From Dehalococcoidia bacterium (GTDB lineage: Bacteria; Chloroflexota; Dehalococcoidia; Lucifugimonadales; UBA3495), in NCBI GenBank assembly GCA_022451925.1, contig JAKUNL010000001.1:73814-137813 (forward strand): a stretch of DNA of 64,000 bases. The letters are read 5' to 3'. A program made the position numbers and the translations under genes. The notes under the pieces were generated by a model. It saw only the letters and a program-made list of their open reading frames with translations, was not told the origin of the DNA and made no database searches. Shown piece after piece: positions 59,095 to 64,000 of the stretch (its first letter is position 1; each line of letters opens with the position of its first letter).

Positions 59095-61356
59095 TTAGTC
59101 GACTGAGTTTTTAACTGCCTTTCGGTATTTGAACAAGGCCGGCTCCACGTAGGCACTTGGAGATGTTAAAGCGTCGTCGATAATCTGCAGAACAGCTGCG
59201 ATGGCCGGCTCTTCCAGCAATGTGGCCATCTTCTCCACAGTATCTGTCATTGGTATGTAGTCGGACTTGTCATTATTTTGCTGATCGAGTATCTCTGTCG
59301 CCTTTTTGATAGCTTCTTCAATCTCCGTTTGGCTGACAACGCCGTGGAGTTTCCAGTTAGCGATGATCGCCCCATCTATTCTCTCAGTTGCCCGATCTTT
59401 CATCTCTTCAATCTGACTGAAATTAGGAACGCCACTACATCCAATACCGCGGTGCACCCACGGTTCCACGTAAGCAACCATGCTATGAGCATAGCTAAGT
59501 AGAAGCGTTTCTTTAATTTCGGCATCGCTGACCTTATCGGAATCCAATAAAGGAAAATTCAAGAGGTCTGTCCTAGATATGCCATGGTATGGGGAATCTT
59601 CCATCAACCTCTGCACTTGGTCTACGTCAGTCATGTGGTAGTGCATAGAGTGAAGGTGGCTCGGATTCGGAGCAGGTACCCAGGCAGTGTTTCCACCGCT
59701 CTTAGGGTGATTAATCTTAAGCTCCATCATTTCTGCCATGGCCCGATTCTTAACCTGCATACCCTTTCCAATCTTGCCTTGTGTATGAACTCCAGCTCGG
59801 AGGCTCACGTCAACGTTGTGCAGTTCATAACTGGTGTTGAATACTGCCCTGGTCAAGTCATCCCGAAGGTCAACAGGGCCCGCTTGAGTCTGGACTCTAA
59901 TTTGAGACCCTGTGCGATCTAAGAACCCTGTATTAGTGAAAAACACGCGACTCTGGGCAGCTTTGAGCGAATCTGCGAGTTGCAGTGTCATTCCTAATTC
60001 TTCATTCATGATCCCAAGAAGTATAGTGTTCCGCGTTAGACCTAAACTATCTTCAACAGCTTCAAAGAAACGCACCTGTTCAGTTACTTCCTCCGCCGAT
60101 TGCAGTTTAGGGGTAACCTGATAAACATACCCCTTGATGCTATTTGGTTGACGCACTGGCAGGCCCCCGGAGCCTGACGAGCCTTTGTCATGGGCCGTGG
60201 CTATCAATGTAGTCAGCAGCACCCCGAGCATTCTTTCAGAGATTTCCTGGCCGTCTAACTTCACCATGTCCGTGTACATATGCAGGGATACATTGCGAAC
60301 GGACATCAAACTAGACCCCTTAACCGTGCGGGCAAGACCGTCTACCCCTATAAAGTTTATGTCCGAGTTCATGGTCTTAAGTGACCCTCTAGAGCCATAA
60401 GCCTGAATGTCACCCCTAATCAATCCTAGGTAGTTCCGTAGAGCCAATGCCATATCTTCTCCATCGACAATAGCTACGGCATCTTCGAAATCCACTATAT
60501 TGGTGATTGCTGACTCGACGAATAAATCTCTGAATTGTCCGTTCTCTTTATTGACAGTTCCACCCTCATAAAGTTGGAACTGTATTTTGAGGTTGTTATC
60601 TTCCAAAAAGAACTCGGTTAATTGATCTTCACTCTTATTGAAACCGACAAATTTATCAGGGTCCAGCAGCCTAACCTCTGAGCTATCTACCGTAAGCCCT
60701 ATAAGCTCCTGTTTACCATTACAATTAGGTCGTACGACATAAGACATCATGTCGCTGAAACTTCGGCCGTCCTCCCACTGAGCGACATGTTCATCTAAGT
60801 ACTGGTTGGTGCAATCCACGACCATCTGCAAACGCTGTACGCGGTTTAAATCACGGTCGATTTCGGAGTGGATATCGCTGAGGAAGTAGGCGTCATAAAG
60901 GCTGCCCCATCGGGCGTTCGCCCCACCGACCGCCATGCTGGCTATGTTCACTGGAGTGACCAACTCTGGCCCGTTTTGAGACATCTCAAAGTCCAGTTCA
61001 GGAGTGGTCATGTTGAAGGTACGAGGATCTGCAGAAGAGGCTTCTGATTCAAGGAAACCTTCTGAAACCAGGAATTGACCTAAATCTGAGGCATCTTTCA
61101 TTCCGGATTCGACAGAGGGTTCCCATCCTGCTTTTCTCTTGTTCACATAGTATTCATCTATTTTAGCCTGCCTGGCTGTGCGTTTTTCCAGCAATTCCAA
61201 GTTCTTTGGTTCGAACTCCAACACTAAAGCACCGAGGATACTAAACACTTCATCCACAGTTTTTCCCGTACCAGGAGTTAGTCCATCTCTCACGAACGCG
61301 TAGAGGGCGTCTTCGATCTCCAAAGAATTTCCAGATGGCAGTTTTACGGTCGTCAT
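59095..61356 (-). CDS. glcB: Malate synthase G
   Basis: 753 aa with FEDAVAIVDGEDMALALRNYLGL, NTGFLDRTGSQI and GCSGVPNFSQIEEMKDRATERI, which match recalled MSG segments. GGAG-N6-ATG. Confidence 0.88.
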   Translation of the reverse strand: MTTVKLPSGNSLEIEDALYAFVRDGLTPGTGKTVDEVFSILGALVLEFEPKNLELLEKRTARQAKIDEYYVNKRKAGWEPSVESGMKDASDLGQFLVSEGFLESEASSADPRTFNMTTPELDFEMSQNGPELVTPVNIASMAVGGANARWGSLYDAYFLSDIHSEIDRDLNRVQRLQMVVDCTNQYLDEHVAQWEDGRSFSDMMSYVVRPNCNGKQELIGLTVDSSEVRLLDPDKFVGFNKSEDQLTEFFLEDNNLKIQFQLYEGGTVNKENGQFRDLFVESAITNIVDFEDAVAIVDGEDMALALRNYLGLIRGDIQAYGSRGSLKTMNSDINFIGVDGLARTVKGSSLMSVRNVSLHMYTDMVKLDGQEISERMLGVLLTTLIATAHDKGSSGSGGLPVRQPNSIKGYVYQVTPKLQSAEEVTEQVRFFEAVEDSLGLTRNTILLGIMNEELGMTLQLADSLKAAQSRVFFTNTGFLDRTGSQIRVQTQAGPVDLRDDLTRAVFNTSYELHNVDVSLRAGVHTQGKIGKGMQVKNRAMAEMMELKINHPKSGGNTAWVPAPNPSHLHSMHYHMTDVDQVQRLMEDSPYHGISRTDLLNFPLLDSDKVSDAEIKETLLLSYAHSMVAYVEPWVHRGIGCSGVPNFSQIEEMKDRATERIDGAIIANWKLHGVVSQTEIEEAIKKATEILDQQNNDKSDYIPMTDTVEKMATLLEEPAIAAVLQIIDDALTSPSAYVEPALFKYRKAVKNSVD

Positions 61357-61391
61357 ATTTGGCTCCGAACTAATAGCTCATGTTTACTTTG

Positions 61392-62471
61392 CTAGCCGTT
61401 AGCACGCTCGAATTCCTTCATAAATGACACCAGCGCATCTACGCCGTCTTTGGGAAAGGCATTGTAGATAGACGCTCGAATTCCACCCACCGAACGGTGG
61501 CCTTTTAATTCGACTAGACCCTCTGTAGTGGCTTCGGCGGCGAATTGGGTTTCTAACTCCGGAGTGGGCAAATTGAATGTCACATTCATGCGGGACCGGT
61601 TGCCCTTGATAGCGTGCCCTCGGTAGAACTCCGAAGCATCCAATTGATTATAAATAACTTCTGCCTTCTCTTCGTTCTGTGCCGCCATCTGATCGAGACC
61701 ACCCTTATGGGCCAACCATTTTATAACCAGACCCAAAACGTAGATGGAGAACACTGGTGGGGTGTTATAAGCAGAATGCCCCTTGCAATGGGTGTTGTAA
61801 TTCAACATAGATGGCAGGGTATCCGGACTTCGGGATAGCAGGTCATCCCGCACAAGAACCAGCGTTACCCCGGCTGCACCAAGATTCTTCTGGGCCCCTG
61901 CGTATATCAATCCGTATTTAGAGACGTCTATAGGTTTGCTAAAAATATTGGAAGAGAGGTCCGCCACCAGAGGAACGTTACCCACCTCCGGTTCTGCAGG
62001 CCATTCTGTGCCGTAAATAGTGTTGTTACCGGTAAAATGTACATAGTCAGCATCTGGGTCTAGATTCAGTTCATCCTGAGTAGGAATCCGATCATAATTG
62101 GTGCTTTCAGTTGATCCCGCAACGCGAACGTCTCCTATTTTCTGGGCGTCTATCAATGCCAAATTTGCAAAATTCCCCGTCACTAAATGGTCTGCTTTAC
62201 CCCCCGAAGTAAGCAGATTCATGGGAACCATGGAGAACTGGGATGAAGCGCCGCCCTGCAAAAATAAAATATGATAATTATCGGGAATCCCAGCCAGCAC
62301 CCGAATTTCATCTTCAGCGGCCTGGATCATGTCCTGAACCGGTTTAGATCGGTGGCTCATTTCAAGTAGCGAAATACCCGAACCGGGATAAGAGACAAGA
62401 TCCTCCTGGGCTTCTTGAAGCACGGGAGCCGGCAGTATTGCCGGACCTGCAGCAAAATTATAGATAGTCAT
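61392..62471 (-). CDS. serC: Phosphoserine aminotransferase
   Basis: MTIYNFAAGPAILP opening and a class-V aminotransferase core. Start at the ATG at 62471. Confidence 0.93.
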   Translation of the reverse strand: MTIYNFAAGPAILPAPVLQEAQEDLVSYPGSGISLLEMSHRSKPVQDMIQAAEDEIRVLAGIPDNYHILFLQGGASSQFSMVPMNLLTSGGKADHLVTGNFANLALIDAQKIGDVRVAGSTESTNYDRIPTQDELNLDPDADYVHFTGNNTIYGTEWPAEPEVGNVPLVADLSSNIFSKPIDVSKYGLIYAGAQKNLGAAGVTLVLVRDDLLSRSPDTLPSMLNYNTHCKGHSAYNTPPVFSIYVLGLVIKWLAHKGGLDQMAAQNEEKAEVIYNQLDASEFYRGHAIKGNRSRMNVTFNLPTPELETQFAAEATTEGLVELKGHRSVGGIRASIYNAFPKDGVDALVSFMKEFERANG

Positions 62472-62633
62472 TAGCAAAACCTTATTAGCATTTAATTATT
62501 CTAACCAATATTTCATGCTAACTAACCCGGATTGATTTGGCAATTAAGACCTGCCAACAACTTGCCTGATTTCCCGAGATTGATTCAGGTCCTCTTTTTA
62601 ATGGTTCACCGGGGCCCCGTGGTCATTGTCTAA

Positions 62634-63299
62634 TTAAACCGGTTCTCTGAATCGGTATCCCACGTTCCAAATGGTTTCAACAATGGAGTAACCAGTGGAT
62701 TCCAACTTAGAGCGGAGTCTCCGAATGTGTACATCCACCGTCCTGGTACCCCCCAAATAATCGTACCCCCAGATCTGACTGAGCAGCGTTTCTCTGGTGT
62801 AGACCCGGCCTGGATTAGAAGCCAGCAAGACCAATAGTTGGAACTCTTTATAAGTCAGAGCCGCTCTTCTTCCTGAAACGGTGACTTCATACCGTTCCAA
62901 GTCTATGGAGAGCTCTCCTACCTTGAGTAATTTGGGGCCGGAGGGGCCGGCCACACGGTATATTGCCAATTTCACCCGGGTAGTCAATTCAGACTCAGAA
63001 ACAGGACTTACAACCACTTCATCAGGGTTTAAAGATGGGTCGTAAGCATGCAGAACATCCCTCGGCACCACGGCAAGCACTGGGAGTTTCCTGTCCTGAC
63101 ATTCTTCGATGACATGCCGAACCTCAATTTGCTCCAAAGAAGATAGATCGACCAGCACAGCATCGGGAGGTGTTTTTCCGTTATCGTCTATCTGATTAAT
63201 ATCCAGCCCAACCTCACACGACATACCTCCGCGATCAATCGTCTCGGCCAACAGACCTGGTACTATTCCATAACTGGTCAACACAAAAAGGTGATACAA
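62634..63299 (-). CDS. OmpR/PhoB-type winged-helix response regulator with atypical receiver domain
   Basis: The C-terminus LTYKEFQLLVLLASNPGRVYTRETLL..VWG...TRTVDVHIRRLRSKL is canonical. The receiver lacks the N-terminal acidic pair (VLTSYG). TTG start. Confidence 0.8.
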   Translation of the reverse strand: MYHLFVLTSYGIVPGLLAETIDRGGMSCEVGLDINQIDDNGKTPPDAVLVDLSSLEQIEVRHVIEECQDRKLPVLAVVPRDVLHAYDPSLNPDEVVVSPVSESELTTRVKLAIYRVAGPSGPKLLKVGELSIDLERYEVTVSGRRAALTYKEFQLLVLLASNPGRVYTRETLLSQIWGYDYLGGTRTVDVHIRRLRSKLESTGYSIVETIWNVGYRFREPV

Positions 63300-63430
63300 G
63301 GGTCGGGAGAATCTCCGGTACGCCTATTCAATACCTACAAAAGTATATCAAACCGAGTATTCTTCACACCTGCCGGTATCTCAAAATTCTTGGACCTGAT
63401 CACCATTGCATCCCTAGCCATGCCTGAATA

Positions 63431-63459
63431 TTGACGCTTGACAGGGGTACAATTATCAT
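63431..63459 (+). promoter_or_regulatory. Candidate sigma-70 promoter for the DUF1445-like gene
   Basis: TTGACG-17 nt-TATCAT, about 85 nt upstream of the ATG at 63547. Confidence 0.35.
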
Positions 63460-63546
63460 GACCTTACCCTCGTACCTGCTGATTTCCAAGGACAAGGTTA
63501 GGTTACTCAGCGTTTATCTGATTCGCGACCACAAGGGAGTGAAATA

Positions 63547-64000
63547 ATGGCCACCCAGACCATTACCGGTTCCGCCCAGGAAGTTCGACAGAAGATTCGC
63601 TCCAACGACTGGCGAGGCATCACCTCCGGCGTTGCGCCGGGCCACGTCCAGGCCAACTTAGCCATTCTCCCCAAAGAACTGGCCTTCGATTTTCTGCTCT
63701 TTTGTCAGAGGAATCCGAAGCCATGCCCACTGCTTGAGGTCATAGAACCAGGTCAGGTGGAACCGGTTCTCACTTCAGGTGGCGCCGACATTCGAACTGA
63801 CGCCTCCGGCTATATGATATACGAGAACGGACAGCTGACCGCCGAAGTGGACACGATCGAGCCGTATTGGCGCGACGATTTGGTCTCTTTCTTGTTGGGA
63901 TGCAGCTTTTCTTTTGAAACAGCGATGGTTGACGCGGGGATCCCCCTTCGTCATCAACAGACCGGAAACAACGTGGCTATGTACATCACCAACATCGCAA
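63547..64000 (+). CDS. UPF0317/DUF1445-family putative hydro-lyase (3' end beyond the window)
   Basis: Hand translation: [65 protein letters not shown]... It is open to the window end. AGGGAG SD upstream. Confidence 0.75.
   Translation, partial: MATQTITGSAQEVRQKIRSNDWRGITSGVAPGHVQANLAILPKELAFDFLLFCQRNPKPCPLLEVIEPGQVEPVLTSGGADIRTDASGYMIYENGQLTAEVDTIEPYWRDDLVSFLLGCSFSFETAMVDAGIPLRHQQTGNNVAMYITNIA

Noticed and set aside
1-64000. Mobile elements, prophage, genomic island borders or CRISPR arrays
   Set aside because: No integrase, transposase, recombinase or phage structural ORFs, terminal inverted repeats, or regularly spaced repeats were seen. The two tRNAs sit in the conserved tuf context rather than at an insertion boundary.

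Overview
This 64 kb window is a chromosomal segment of about 50% GC with roughly 58 protein genes and 2 tRNAs. I saw no rRNA, CRISPR array, transposase or integrase. Gene order (tRNA-Tyr/tRNA-Thr-tuf-rpmG-secE-nusG-rplKAJL without rpoBC following; rpsF-ssb-rpsR; rpmE next to DUF1385; yloV-degV-recG) and the accessory gene set (P450, CMD, MBL hydrolases, CocE/NonD and S9 peptidases, malate synthase G) suggest a free-living, possibly marine Chloroflexota-like bacterium. That assignment is inference only. Housekeeping genes include mutS, apt, the tuf/ribosomal cluster, hom-thrC-folE, glyA, trxB, rplU-rpmA, rpmE, recG, glcB and serC. The main hunt results follow. (1) Two in-frame TGA codons sit exactly at redox-cysteine positions and look like selenocysteine: a UGSC-motif protein (9464..10033) that the ORF track splits in two, and an ArsC/Spx-like UxxC protein at the left edge (1..299). 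(2) A soluble NuoE/NuoF/NuoG-like operon is fused to an FNR-like reductase gene, and its formate-dehydrogenase-like subunit lacks the Cys/Sec metal ligand. (3) A B12-binding radical-SAM-like protein lacks the CxxxCxxC cluster motif. (4) A translationally coupled HerA/FtsK-type ATPase and a small barrel-like partner of unknown role are preceded by a tiny ATGA-coupled leader ORF. (5) A MshA/MshB/MshD-like gene neighbourhood is present. Several structured leaders, strong hairpins and near-consensus promoters are also listed. All motif matches were made by eye from the translations, and no database search was possible.
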